Origin: Myxococcales bacterium | GTDB lineage: Bacteria; Myxococcota_A; Polyangia; Polyangiales; JAFGIB01 | Assembly: GCA_050118535.1 (NCBI GenBank) | Contig: JASFKR010000002.1 | Span: 11,652 to 75,651, forward strand | DNA: 64,000 nucleotides | Reading direction: 5' to 3' | Shown here: positions 1 through 12,260 of the stretch, in pieces | How positions within the stretch are numbered: the first letter of the stretch is position 1 | How the letters are laid out: each line of letters begins with the position of its first letter | Made by a program: the position numbers and the translations under genes | Notes under the pieces: model-generated | Told to the model about the DNA's origin: nothing | The model's database searches: none | Seen by the model: only the letters and a program-made list of their open reading frames with translations

Positions 1-3000
1 GTCGGTCTCGAGCGCGCGCTGCTGCAGGGCGATGAGGGCCTCCCGGTCCTCGCGGATCTGCAGCAGCTGCTCCCAGGCGGTCGCAGCGCCCTCCGCATCG
101 TCGCAGCGCTCGCCCAGGATCCGAGCGATGCGGCGGAAGAGCTCGACCTTGGCTTCGTCGTGGGTCTCCACGAAGGTGCGCTCGCGCAGCAGCTCCACCA
201 GCTCTTCGAATCGCCCGTCACGCTCGTAGAGCGCGCACAGGGCCTGCAGGTGGCCCGGCTCCTGCGGCGCCAGGTCGACGGCGCTCGCGAGCAGGTCGGC
301 GGCCCGTTGCGAGTCGCCCAGTTGGCGATCGGCGATGTCGGCCATGTGCGCCCGGACTGCGGCCGCTTCGGCCCCGCTGGCGGCGGTGGCTTGCCGTTCG
401 AGTGTGGAGAGCAACCGCTCGGCGTTTCCCGTCGCCTCGTCGAGCTTCACCATGTCCTCGAGCACGTCGGCGTCGGCCGGCTTGAGCTCCAGCATTCGCT
501 CGTAGTTCGCGAAAGCCGCGTCGGGGTCGTCGAGCGCGTCGCGGTGCAACTCGGCGAGCTGTCGCAGGATCGGCAGCTTCTGGCTCTTGGCCCGCGTCTC
601 GTTCAGCTTCTGCTCCAGCAACGGCACCGCGTCGGCGTGGCGGCCGAGGGTGAGCAGGTCGGCCAGCAGGGTGTCGCGCGCGGCCCGGTCGTCGGGGCGC
701 AGCGCGACCATCTGCTCGAGCGCCGCGGCGGCCGCGGCCACGTCCTTCCGCTTGTCGCGGTGGATGCTGGCCAGGCGACGCAACAGCGGCAGCTTGGCTT
801 CGGCGTCGGCTGCGACGACGATCTCTTCCTCGATGGTGTCGGCCAGCTCCTCCCAGGCGCCGGTGCGCTCCAGCAGGCGCTTGATGGCGCGGATGGCGTC
901 GGAGCTTTCAGGATCGAGCGCCGCGATGGCTCGCCACACGTGCACCGCGGCGCGCGCGTCCTTGACCCGCGCTTCGTACACGCTGGCGGCTTCACGCAGC
1001 CGCGTCAGCCGCGTCTGCGCCGGCAGGTCCTCGAGTCCGGCGCTGTCGAAGAGGAGCGCGGCCCGTTCGGCGTGGCGCTGGGTGCGCCGGTAGTGACTGT
1101 CCAGGAACGCGAATGCTTCGCGATCGTCGGGCTCCAGGCGAAGCACTCGCCGCCACAGCTCGGCGGCTTCGTCGTTGCGTCGCTCGCGCGCCATGGCCGA
1201 CGCCTGACGACGCAGATCGCCTGGGGCCTCGGTCTCGGTCTCGGCCTCGGCCTCGGCCTCGGCCTCGGCCTCGGCCTCGGCTTCATCCGCTTCACTGGCC
1301 AGCGCTGCCACGGGGTGCAGTTCGCGGTGCGTGTCGTAGGCCGAGCCGTCTTCTTCGGTGGGCTGCTCGGGGACGGGGCGCGCTCGGGTGGGGTGCGCCT
1401 CTTCGGGTTGCGCCTCTTTGGGTTGCGCCTCTTTGGGTTGCGCCTCTTTGGGTTGCGCCTCTTCGGATTGCGCCTCTTCGGATTGCGCCTCTTCGGGGTG
1501 CGCCTCTTCGGGGTGCGCGGCGCCCGCGGGGGCATCCGAGGCTTGCCGCGAGGTCTCCTTGCGCAGGGCGTCGATCACCGGGGCCTCGCCCACGTACGTC
1601 TTGACGTCGTCGAAGTCGGTGGTGTCGCGCGTGTGCTGGTCGGGTGCGGCGTCATCCGGCTGGGCTTCCGTCTGCTGTGCCTCCGATTCGCCCGTGCGGC
1701 GCTTGCGACCCATGTCACGGGTCGAACGCGACGTGGCGCGCGCGGGAGCCGACCCGGATGGTGGTTGTGATGCGGGACGCTGCGCCCCGGAGTCCGCTGC
1801 CGTTTCGGGCTGCGCCGCGGGCGGGTCCAGAGGCCGCTCGGAGTCGAGCTCTTGCACGTCCTCGTCGCCGAGCTCGACCTCTTCCACGGCTCCGGCCACC
1901 CCGCCCGTGGTGGCTCCGGCCACCCCGCCCGTGGCCTGCGGCTCGACCGACTCCGCCACCTCGGTGAGCGTGTCGGGGTAGTCGCCGATCTCTTCCAGCA
2001 GCTCGGCGGCGGCGGCGTAGCGCCCGACAGCCGGATGCAGCGTGAAGGCCGCATCCTGGGGCTGCCCCGCGTCGAGGTACGCGCGCGCGAGCTTCACGCG
2101 ACGCCGGTCGGCGCTGCGCCCTTCGGGCGCGGCCGCCAGATAGGCGACCCAGCGCTCGGGCAGCTCCACCGCGCGCGGGCCGCCCTCCAGCAGGCGCTCG
2201 AGCTCGGCCAGGGCCGCTTCGTGATCGGGCGCGTACCCGAGAGCGCTCTCCAGGTAAGGCGCCGCCTCGTCGGGTGGCAGCGCCGCGGCGATCTCGCACA
2301 GCAGGTCGGCGACCTGCCCGTAGTCGCCACGCGCGGTGCGCTCGTCGAGTCCCTCGGCGCGGCGTCCCAGCAGCGTCGCCAGCTCGTAGGCGAGCCCCAT
2401 GTCGCCGGGCTCCAGGCTGCGCGCTCGCTGCAGGGCGGAGATGGCCCCGTCCAGGTCCCCCAGCTGGTCGCGATACAATTCGGCCAGCTCGGTCAGCAGT
2501 GTCATCTTGCGCTGGGGGTCGGGTTCTGCCGCCACTTCGCGGTCGTAGAGGTCGGCCGCGCCCCGCAGGTCGCCCTCCGCCAGCAACAGCTCCCGCGCCT
2601 CGTACAGCGCCCGCACGAGCGACGGGTCGAGCTCGTAGGCGCGCTGGTAGTGGTGCAGCGCCTCGCCCACGGCGGCGAACTGCTTGTTCCAGAGCTCGCC
2701 CAGGCGATAGCGCAGCAGCGCCAGGGTCTCGGCGGGGGCGGAGAGCTGGGTCAGGGTCTGGACGTGCTGCTGCAGGAAGTCGGTGAGCTGTTGAAAACGC
2801 TGTCGGCCCTCGAGCAGGGCCTGCAGGGCTTCGGAGGCGTCGAAGTTGAGCGGGTCTCGCCTCAGCGCCTCCAGGTAGAAGGCCTCTGCCTGCTCTGGAT
2901 CACCGAGCCGCTGCGCTAGCAGGTCGCCCACCTCCAGATATGCCTGCGCAGCCGCCGCGTCATCCGGGGTCCAGCCGGCCCACCCGGCGATCAAGTTCAC

Positions 3001-3111
3001 CAGCGAGGCAAAATCCTCCTGCTGGCGATAGAGCGCCTTGAGTGAATCGTAAGCCTGCTGATCGCCCGGGTTTTCCCGCAAGCGTGCGGCGAGATCCTCC
3101 GCCGTTCCCAT
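1..3111 (-). CDS. TPR-repeat protein with central acidic low-complexity region; its 3' end runs off the window, which is why it is absent from the ORF track
   Basis: My own translation from the ATG at 3111-3109 gives MGTAEDLAARLRENPGDQQAYDSLKALYRQQEDF... The frame stays open to position 1 (1037 codons). It contains many TPR-like helical repeats (AEAFYLEALRRDPLN, ALHHYQRAYELDPS, AFANYERMLELKPAD). Plus-strand ORFs 160..1770 and 1852..2919 are antisense shadows of it. Confidence 0.8.
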   Translation of the reverse strand, partial: MGTAEDLAARLRENPGDQQAYDSLKALYRQQEDFASLVNLIAGWAGWTPDDAAAAQAYLEVGDLLAQRLGDPEQAEAFYLEALRRDPLNFDASEALQALLEGRQRFQQLTDFLQQHVQTLTQLSAPAETLALLRYRLGELWNKQFAAVGEALHHYQRAYELDPSLVRALYEARELLLAEGDLRGAADLYDREVAAEPDPQRKMTLLTELAELYRDQLGDLDGAISALQRARSLEPGDMGLAYELATLLGRRAEGLDERTARGDYGQVADLLCEIAAALPPDEAAPYLESALGYAPDHEAALAELERLLEGGPRAVELPERWVAYLAAAPEGRSADRRRVKLARAYLDAGQPQDAAFTLHPAVGRYAAAAELLEEIGDYPDTLTEVAESVEPQATGGVAGATTGGVAGAVEEVELGDEDVQELDSERPLDPPAAQPETAADSGAQRPASQPPSGSAPARATSRSTRDMGRKRRTGESEAQQTEAQPDDAAPDQHTRDTTDFDDVKTYVGEAPVIDALRKETSRQASDAPAGAAHPEEAHPEEAQSEEAQSEEAQPKEAQPKEAQPKEAQPEEAHPTRARPVPEQPTEEDGSAYDTHRELHPVAALASEADEAEAEAEAEAEAEAETETEAPGDLRRQASAMARERRNDEAAELWRRVLRLEPDDREAFAFLDSHYRRTQRHAERAALLFDSAGLEDLPAQTRLTRLREAASVYEARVKDARAAVHVWRAIAALDPESSDAIRAIKRLLERTGAWEELADTIEEEIVVAADAEAKLPLLRRLASIHRDKRKDVAAAAAALEQMVALRPDDRAARDTLLADLLTLGRHADAVPLLEQKLNETRAKSQKLPILRQLAELHRDALDDPDAAFANYERMLELKPADADVLEDMVKLDEATGNAERLLSTLERQATAASGAEAAAVRAHMADIADRQLGDSQRAADLLASAVDLAPQEPGHLQALCALYERDGRFEELVELLRERTFVETHDEAKVELFRRIARILGERCDDAEGAATAWEQLLQIREDREALIALQQRALETD
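1225..1284. repeat. Hexanucleotide tandem repeat (ggcctc/ggtctc) x10 inside the TPR gene; encodes (EA)n/(ET)n on the minus strand
   Basis: Read directly: ggcctc ggtctc ggtctc ggcctc x6 ggcttc. It lies in frame within CDS 1..3111. Confidence 0.9.
1394..1513. repeat. 15-nt tandem repeat x8 inside the TPR gene; encodes pentapeptide repeats HPEEA/QSEEA/QPKEA
   Basis: The unit tgcgcctcttcgggt occurs with 1-3 substitutions, 8 contiguous copies. The minus-strand translation is AHPEEAHPEEAQSEEAQSEEAQPKEAQPKEAQPKEAQPEEA. Confidence 0.9.
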
Positions 3112-3212
3112 GAACCCCTATCCATAGGAGAGCCGGATGTGCAGATCAATCACATCGGAGCCCATTACTGCACACATTAGGTTACATCAGATCACGTCCC
3201 GAACGTTGGACG

Positions 3213-3256
3213 CGGAAGAAAAGGAAACGGGCGCGCCGCCGAAGCAGCGCGCCCGT
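3213..3256 (-). terminator. Rho-independent terminator downstream of lipoprotein gene 3283..4620
   Basis: Perfect 10-bp stem acgggcgcgc (3227-3236) / gcgcgcccgt (3247-3256) with a 10-nt loop. On the minus strand it is followed by the U-rich tract TTTCCTTTTCTTCC. Confidence 0.6.
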
Positions 3257-3282
3257 CCCGAGCGCCAGGGGGGCCTCGCTGG

Positions 3283-4620
<1,338 letters not shown>

Positions 4621-4740
4621 CCATTTCCTCCGAGAGTCACCGGACCCGGTTTTCACCGGGCCGCCTCGCGCGACCTCACCCAGCATCGCGGCCAGTCGGG
4701 GTTTCTAGCATGAAACCCGCGGACGTTCCCACCGGGCCGA

Positions 4741-6189
4741 TCAGCGGGCGGCGCCGTCGATCTCGATGCGCAGCGTGTCGCCCTCTCGGGTGACCGAGTA
4801 GTTGGCGATGGGCTGTTGCAGGATGACCCGCAGGCGAATGCCTTTCGCGGCCGGATTGTGGCGCACGTAGCTCACCCCGCCGCGTCGCACGGGGTGGCCG
4901 CCGAGGGGCAGCGCGCTGTCGCCCCGGGGCAGGTCCAGGGCGATGGCCAGAGGCTTTGCCCAGACGCGGCTCTGCATGTCCTCGAGCGAGCCGCTGAAGG
5001 GCAGCGAAAGGCGCGTGCGCGGCCCGTCCACCTCCACCTGCAGCGCTGTGGCGGAGGGGGCCGCGCGCTCCGGGCCGGAGGCGCGGGACGCCGGCAGCGG
5101 GATCGGGCTGGCCGCCCGCTCGGATCCGGGCGCGGGCGCGGACCCAGACACGGTCCCGGTCTCGGACCCGACCACGGACTCGGACCCGGTCACAGACTCG
5201 GACCCGGCCCCGGTCCCGGACCCGGGGTCGGTCGCGGTCCCGGTCTCGGACCCGGCCCCGGACTCGGACTCGCGTTCGGATTCGGATCCGGACCCCGCCA
5301 CGGTGACGGACTCGGGCTCGGTCACGTTCTGGGGCGCGGACTCGGACTCGGATCCCGGCTCGTCGGGCCACGCGCCTTCCGGCAGGACCACGTGCGCGGG
5401 GGCTGCGGTGCTCGGCGTCGCCGACCACCAGGCGACGCCCGCTCCGAGCGCGGCCGCCGCCGCGATGGCCGTGGCCAGCACCGGCGCGACCCGGCGCACG
5501 CCAGCGGGCTTCAGGGGCGGTGGCTCGGCGAAGCCGCGCACGCCTGGCTCCGAGCGGCGCACGCCTCGCAGCTCGCCGGGGGTGCCGTAGAGGGTGCGCC
5601 TGCGATGGCGGCTCGCCTCGGGCGTGATGGCCCCGATGTCGACCTCGATGTGGCGTTCGCCGTCGACCTCCCGCACCCGCACTTCGCCCACACGACCCGT
5701 CGTCAGCGGTCCGTCGTGCCCCACGCGATAGGACAGCGCGACGTCGCGGTTGAGCACGGGCAGCGCTGCCGACAGACGCACGCCGCCGTCGACCTCCTGC
5801 CCACGCGCCACCACGGGCAGGCTGTGCTCCCCGAAGAAGAGCTCCACGCGGTGCTGGCCGCCCGTGGCCCGATCGAGCTGCTGGTTGAGTGCTCCGAGCT
5901 CCCCTGGCGGCAGTTCCTCGAAGCGGATGCCGATGCCGTGGCCGTCGTCTGGATGGGGCCGCACCCAGGCGACCCGACCGCGCAGGCGGGAGGCGCGGCC
6001 GTCGAGCTCGAGCTGGCAGGTCACCTCCTCGCCCACGCCGAGGCGCTCGTGGCTGTGCACGCCCATCCCGCCCCGGCTCAGGTCGATGGTTTCGGCCGAG
6101 AGCTTGCGTGGCCCGTCGTCACCCATGCCGAGCAACTCGACGGGCGCGCGGTAGTCGATCCGCGTGTGCTGTCTGCCGGTTTGCTGCAT
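4741..6189 (-). CDS. PilZ-domain protein with one TM segment, an S/G/E/T low-complexity spacer and an AMIN-like C-terminal domain
   Basis: The PilZ motifs RxxxR (RIDYR) and DxSxxG (DLSRGG) sit at the N-terminus. A hydrophobic segment reads VAPVLATAIAAAAALGAGVAWW. The C-terminus ...IRLRVILQQPIANYSVTREGDTLRIEIDG resembles an AMIN beta-sandwich. Confidence 0.7.
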   Translation of the reverse strand: MQQTGRQHTRIDYRAPVELLGMGDDGPRKLSAETIDLSRGGMGVHSHERLGVGEEVTCQLELDGRASRLRGRVAWVRPHPDDGHGIGIRFEELPPGELGALNQQLDRATGGQHRVELFFGEHSLPVVARGQEVDGGVRLSAALPVLNRDVALSYRVGHDGPLTTGRVGEVRVREVDGERHIEVDIGAITPEASRHRRRTLYGTPGELRGVRRSEPGVRGFAEPPPLKPAGVRRVAPVLATAIAAAAALGAGVAWWSATPSTAAPAHVVLPEGAWPDEPGSESESAPQNVTEPESVTVAGSGSESERESESGAGSETGTATDPGSGTGAGSESVTGSESVVGSETGTVSGSAPAPGSERAASPIPLPASRASGPERAAPSATALQVEVDGPRTRLSLPFSGSLEDMQSRVWAKPLAIALDLPRGDSALPLGGHPVRRGGVSYVRHNPAAKGIRLRVILQQPIANYSVTREGDTLRIEIDGAAR

Positions 6190-6257
6190 CGTGAGGAACC
6201 ACCCCGCCCCGGGGCCAGCCTCCCCCGGGCGCCACTTGCTGGCAAGTTATCCGATGA

Positions 6258-6707
6258 TCAGGGGGACTTTGGGTCGAACGTGCAGAGGAAGGTGACCCAG
6301 GTATCGCGCGGCTCCGGCTCGCCGATGGGCGCGTGGTGTCCGCCCTCGACCATGTCGAGGCACATCTGGACGAAGTCCGGATGGGTCGCACCGATCACCA
6401 CCGGGCAGTCCACGTCGCCGTTTTGGCGGATGACGAGGCGCAGACGGACTTCGACCGGCCACGCGGTCGGGTCCTCTGGAGACAGCAACTCGAACTGCCG
6501 GGCGAGCTCCGGATCCGGGGGACAGGTCGGGTCCTCCGGGCGTGGCAGCGGATCGGGGACCGCCGGCGCATCGACGGTCTCGGCACTCGGTGCGGTGCCC
6601 GAGGGACCGCCTCCCAGGGAGGCCACCTGCGGCTCCGGCGAGGCCGCCGGGTGGGTGCACGCCGAGACCGCCGCTGCCAACCACCACGCATGACCCCGTG
6701 GATGCAC
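6258..6707 (-). CDS. Small lipoprotein, unknown function
   Basis: The N-terminus MHPRGHAWWLAAAVSAC is signal/lipobox-like. Third codon positions are G/C as expected for coding sequence. I recognise no motif. Confidence 0.55.
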   Translation of the reverse strand: MHPRGHAWWLAAAVSACTHPAASPEPQVASLGGGPSGTAPSAETVDAPAVPDPLPRPEDPTCPPDPELARQFELLSPEDPTAWPVEVRLRLVIRQNGDVDCPVVIGATHPDFVQMCLDMVEGGHHAPIGEPEPRDTWVTFLCTFDPKSP

Positions 6708-6747
6708 CCGGTAAGCTTAGCGGTACCCGGGAGGGGAGAGGCGATCG

Positions 6748-6796
6748 ATTCCTATAGGAATAGCTTCAAGTAAACCTATTCCTATAGGGAATAGGT
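6748..6796. promoter_or_regulatory. Two AT-rich palindromes sharing a TTCCTATAGGAA core, lying between the kinase stop and the start of lipoprotein gene 6258..6707
   Basis: ATTCCTATAGGAAT (6748-6761) is a perfect 14-bp palindrome. ACCTATTCC-TATAG-GGAATAGGT (6774-6796) has 9-bp arms. Both stand out in a GC-rich background. Confidence 0.4.
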
Positions 6797-6813
6797 ATGG
6801 CCAGTCCCGCGCA

Positions 6814-8325
<1,512 letters not shown>

Positions 8326-8527
8326 CGTGGACTCCCGGGGGATTACCCCCTCACGTTTCTAGCATCGAAGGCTAGCCCAACGCAGGGGGGAAGGCTGCGA
8401 ACCGCGTCACAGCCGCCCAAATTCCCGAGATCACGACGGTCGTCGCCGGGGGCGCCGAGCCCGGGGCGCGGATCGCGCCGAGTGTCCGGCTCGCGGGGGC
8501 GTCGATGCCGAACCGGGCGGAACGCCC

Positions 8528-9649
8528 GTGAGCGCCGCGCGGCCGGTCGAGAATGCGTCGTCCGGGGCGGGCTCGGGTCATGGGTGCCGCATCTGCTCCT
8601 GGGAAGTTTCTCGCGCCCGGGTAGGATGCGCGGCCGTGGGTCTGCTTTCGAGTCGAAATGCTTGCAATGCCGCGCGGTTCACCGAGGGGGACGAGCGCGG
8701 GCACTACGAGAGTTACTTTCTGCGCGGCAACCACCCGCAGCGGCCGCTGGGGTTCTGGATCCGCTACACCGTGTTCCGCCCGGCGGGGCGCCCGCTGGAT
8801 GCGGTGGGCGAGCTCTGGGCGATCCATTTCGACGGCGAGGCGCGCGTGATCACCGCGGTCAAGGAGCGCTACCCGCTGTCGGAGTGTCGCTTCTCCGACC
8901 GGCGCCTGGGGGTGCGGGTGGGGCCGGCGAGCCTGGAGGACGGGAGCCTGCGCGGGGCCGCCCAGACCGGCCGGAGTCGCATCGGCTGGACGCTGGACTA
9001 CGCCGCCGCGGGCGAGCCGCTGCTGCTGTTGCCGGAGGACCTGTACACCGGCGGCTTTCCCAAGGCCAAGGCGCTGGTGGCGGTCCCGCAAGCGACCTTC
9101 CGCGGAGCGCTCGAGGTGGACGGGCGCGTCGTCGAGGTGGACGGCTGGCCCGGCAGCCAGAACCACAACTGGGGCGAGCGCCACACCGACCATTACGCCT
9201 GGGGCCAGGTCGCCGGCTTCGACGGGGCGGAGGATGCGTTCCTCGAGGTCTCCACCGCGCGTGTGCGATTGGGGCGGGTGGGGACGCTGCATACGCCGTT
9301 TCTGACGCCCATCGTGCTGCGCGTCGACGGTGACGAGCATCGGCTCAACAGCCTGTGGCGCTGCTTCCGAAACCGCGGCCGCTTCGACTACTTCGACTGG
9401 CGTTTTTCGGGCGCGCAGGACGGGGTGCGCGTGCAAGGTCGCATCCACGCCCCGGCCGGGTCGTTCGTGGCCCTGGCCTACGACAACCCGCCCGGCGGCG
9501 TGAAGACCTGCCTGAACACCAAGATCGCCACCTGTGAGCTCACCGTGGAGCGATCGGGCGACGCGCCGCGCCTGCTGCACAGCGAGCACCGCGCGGCCTT
9601 CGAGATCCTCACCGACGACGACGCCCACGGCCTGCCCATCGTCGTCTGA
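8528..9649 (+). CDS. Conserved-looking hypothetical protein; start uncertain
   Basis: The long ORF has coding-like composition from about ...FTEGDERGHYESYFLRGNHP onward. I recognise no diagnostic motif. The first ~40 codons of the track ORF look non-coding, so the real start may be an internal GTG. Confidence 0.55.
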   Translation: MSAARPVENASSGAGSGHGCRICSWEVSRARVGCAAVGLLSSRNACNAARFTEGDERGHYESYFLRGNHPQRPLGFWIRYTVFRPAGRPLDAVGELWAIHFDGEARVITAVKERYPLSECRFSDRRLGVRVGPASLEDGSLRGAAQTGRSRIGWTLDYAAAGEPLLLLPEDLYTGGFPKAKALVAVPQATFRGALEVDGRVVEVDGWPGSQNHNWGERHTDHYAWGQVAGFDGAEDAFLEVSTARVRLGRVGTLHTPFLTPIVLRVDGDEHRLNSLWRCFRNRGRFDYFDWRFSGAQDGVRVQGRIHAPAGSFVALAYDNPPGGVKTCLNTKIATCELTVERSGDAPRLLHSEHRAAFEILTDDDAHGLPIVV

Positions 9650-9669
9650 TCGGCGTGCCGTGCGCGGGT

Positions 9670-10455
9670 TCAGGCCGAGGCGCCCGAATAGTGGCGCAGG
9701 CCCAGCTTCCAGAAGGCGCGCGAGCCCGCGACGGCCGCCACTGCCAGGGCCGTGGCGAGGGCGAAGTTGCCCGGTTGCAATCGCCCGGTCAGGGCCTCGG
9801 CAGGAACGGTCACGGCGAAGGCGATGGGGACGATGAGCGTCAGCGCCCAGCGCATCCAGCCAGGGTAGATGTCCACCGGCCAGCGCCCCGCGCCATAGAC
9901 CATCCAGAAGATCCACAGCAGGTTCTCGATGCGGATGAACCAGAAGGCCAGCGTGGCCAGCGCCATCCAGAAGCCGTAGACGATGGCGCTGCCCAGCACG
10001 AGCGTGGCGAGCAACGACATGGCGGCGCCCGTACCCACGCTGGTGCCCAGACGCAGCGCCGCGTACACCACGACCGCGATGCCCAGGCCCACGTCGATCA
10101 GCTTGAAGACGTGGAACTGCGAGACGCTGACCAACAGCTGGGCGTCGCGTGGCTTGACCAGCGTGTAGTCGAGCTTGCCGTCGCGCACGTCTTCCATGAA
10201 CTGCGAGAGGCTCGGCGAGATGACCAGGTTGATCAGCCCCAGCATGACGAAGTAGATGCCCACCAGCGCCGTCAGCTCGTCGGGGCTCCAGCCGCCCAGG
10301 CTGTCGGTCTGTCCCACCACCACCGCCACCACGCCCAGCACGCTGCCGATGGACAGCAGCGACTCCACGAGCTGGATCAGGAAGTTGGCGCGGTAGGCCA
10401 GCTCGCCCATCGCGCCCAGACGCACGAAGACCGCCATGAGCCGCAGGGCGCTCAT
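9670..10455 (-). CDS. ABC-2 type transporter permease
   Basis: I trimmed ORF 9670..11127 to the ATG at 10455 (MSALRLMAVFVRLGAMGELAYRANF...). It has about 6 hydrophobic segments. An ATGA overlap joins it to the upstream permease. Confidence 0.8.
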   Translation of the reverse strand: MSALRLMAVFVRLGAMGELAYRANFLIQLVESLLSIGSVLGVVAVVVGQTDSLGGWSPDELTALVGIYFVMLGLINLVISPSLSQFMEDVRDGKLDYTLVKPRDAQLLVSVSQFHVFKLIDVGLGIAVVVYAALRLGTSVGTGAAMSLLATLVLGSAIVYGFWMALATLAFWFIRIENLLWIFWMVYGAGRWPVDIYPGWMRWALTLIVPIAFAVTVPAEALTGRLQPGNFALATALAVAAVAGSRAFWKLGLRHYSGASA

Positions 10456-11252
10456 GAGCCCACCGCCGAGAAGCGCCGCACGGCGCGGCCCCAGACCACC
10501 GCCATCAGTCCCAGCGCGCACGCTACCCAGAAGAGCTGAAGGGCGATGCCCCTCGTCGCCTCCTGCGGCGACAGCCGTCCCAGGGCCAGCTCCACGGGAA
10601 AGCCCAGCGCCGCGTAGAAGGGCAGGTGGCTCGCGGCGGCACCAAGCCAGTCCGGCAGGACGGCGATGGGCGCGGCGCGCCCCGAGAGGAAGAGGTTTAC
10701 CGAGTAGTAGGCGCGATTGACCGCGCTGGTGCGGGTGGTCCAGAAGGCGCTGAGGGCCACCGACCACTCGATCAGAAAGCGCGACACGAACGCCAGCGGC
10801 AGCGCGACCGGCAACAGCGCGAGCGCCCACGGCTCGGGCGACAGCCGCGGGTCGAAGTAAAGCGCGATGGCGAAGGCGACCGGCACCAGCACCACCAGCA
10901 TCACCAGCTTGTAGGCCACGTTGGCGACGATGTCGGCGTGGATCGGGTGCAGCGGCCGCAGGAGCTCGAAGGACAGGGCTCCCTCTTGGATGCGATACTG
11001 GAAGACCTCCATGACCCAGGTGAAGGTGAGGTGGTTGGCGACGAAGAAGCCCAGGTAGTAGGCCGCGAAGTCGCGCGCGTCGTAGCCCGCCACGGCCTGG
11101 CCGCGTGACTCGGCCACCGTCGACCACACGACCAGGTAGATGATGGGCTCGAGGATCATGCCCAGCATCCAGACCAGCGCCGAGGCGCGATACTGGATCT
11201 GTTCGGCGATGGCGACGCGCAGCAGCGCCGCGTAGGTGCGCGCCAGGGCCAT
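10452..11252 (-). CDS. ABC-2 type transporter permease
   Basis: I trimmed the track ORF to the ATG at 11252 (MALARTYAALLRVAIAEQIQYRASALVWMLG...). It is a multi-pass membrane protein. An ATGA overlap joins it to the stop of the ATPase gene. Confidence 0.8.
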   Translation of the reverse strand: MALARTYAALLRVAIAEQIQYRASALVWMLGMILEPIIYLVVWSTVAESRGQAVAGYDARDFAAYYLGFFVANHLTFTWVMEVFQYRIQEGALSFELLRPLHPIHADIVANVAYKLVMLVVLVPVAFAIALYFDPRLSPEPWALALLPVALPLAFVSRFLIEWSVALSAFWTTRTSAVNRAYYSVNLFLSGRAAPIAVLPDWLGAAASHLPFYAALGFPVELALGRLSPQEATRGIALQLFWVACALGLMAVVWGRAVRRFSAVGS

Positions 11253-12247
11253 CACGGCGCCTGCTCCGCGAAGACCCGCTCGATCACCTCTTCGATGGGC
11301 GGATCCTCCACCGTCAGATCCTTGACCGGCAGCTCCGTGAGCAGCCGCGCCGTGGCACCCGGGGTCTCGTCCTTTTCGATGCGCAGGGTCGCCCGCACGC
11401 CCGAGGCGCTGACCACTTCGCCGAAGCGCTCGAGCGACTCCTCGAGCGTGCCGTCGGGCGGGCGCTCGAGCTCGAGGTTGACGGTCTTGTGGCTGGCGAA
11501 GCGCCGCACGAGCCGCTCCAGGTCGCCGTCGTAGAGGATGCGCCCGTGGTGGATCACGATCACTCGCCGGCACAGTGCCTGCACGTCGGCCATGTAGTGG
11601 CTGGTCAGCAGGATGGTGGCGCCGGTGCGGGCGTTGTGGTCGGCGACGAATTCACGGATGCGCCGTTGCATGGTCACGTCGAGGCCGATGGTGGGCTCGT
11701 CCAGAAACAGGATGCGCGGCCCGTGCAGCAGGGCCGCGGCCACCTCGCACTTCATGCGCTCGCCCAGCGAGAGGTTGCGCACGGGCTTGTCGAGCAGCGC
11801 GCCGAGCTCCAGCAGCTCCACCAGGCGGTCGAGCCGCTCGCGATACTCGCCGGCCTCGACGCGGTAGATCGCCCGGTTGCGCTCGAAGGAGTCGGCCACG
11901 GGAATGTCCCAGACGAGCTGGTTGCGCTGCCCCATGACGAGGGTGATCTGCCGCAGAAATTCGCGCTCCCTGCGCTGGGGCGAAAAGCCCAGCACGCGCG
12001 CCTCGCCCGAGGTGGGGTGCAGCAGCCCCGACAGCATCTTGAGCGTGGTGGTCTTGCCCGCGCCGTTGGGCCCCAAAAAGCCCACCACCTGTCCCGGCTC
12101 CACCTCGAAGCTCACGTCCGCTACCGCGTGCACTGGACGCGTCTGGCGGCGGAACAGGCTGCGCACGGCCTCGCCCAGCCCCGCGCCGCGCACGGGCACG
12201 TCGTAGGTCTTGCGCAACGCGCGCACCTCGATGGCCGGCCCCGACAT
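11252..12247 (-). CDS. ABC transporter ATP-binding protein
   Basis: Start is MSGPAIEVRALRKTY. Walker A GPNGAGKTT, signature LSLGERMK, Walker B LFLDEPTIGLD and H-loop TSH are all present. Confidence 0.9.
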   Translation of the reverse strand: MSGPAIEVRALRKTYDVPVRGAGLGEAVRSLFRRQTRPVHAVADVSFEVEPGQVVGFLGPNGAGKTTTLKMLSGLLHPTSGEARVLGFSPQRREREFLRQITLVMGQRNQLVWDIPVADSFERNRAIYRVEAGEYRERLDRLVELLELGALLDKPVRNLSLGERMKCEVAAALLHGPRILFLDEPTIGLDVTMQRRIREFVADHNARTGATILLTSHYMADVQALCRRVIVIHHGRILYDGDLERLVRRFASHKTVNLELERPPDGTLEESLERFGEVVSASGVRATLRIEKDETPGATARLLTELPVKDLTVEDPPIEEVIERVFAEQAP

Positions 12248-12260
12248 GGGCGCAGCGTAC

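Noticed and set aside
160-2919. Long plus-strand ORFs 160..1770 (536 aa) and 1852..2919 (355 aa), plus several others overlapping them.
   Set aside because: They are Arg/Gly/Ala/Leu-rich with no motifs. They lie antisense to a continuous, motif-bearing TPR reading frame on the minus strand (1..3111). This is the typical high-GC shadow ORF pattern.
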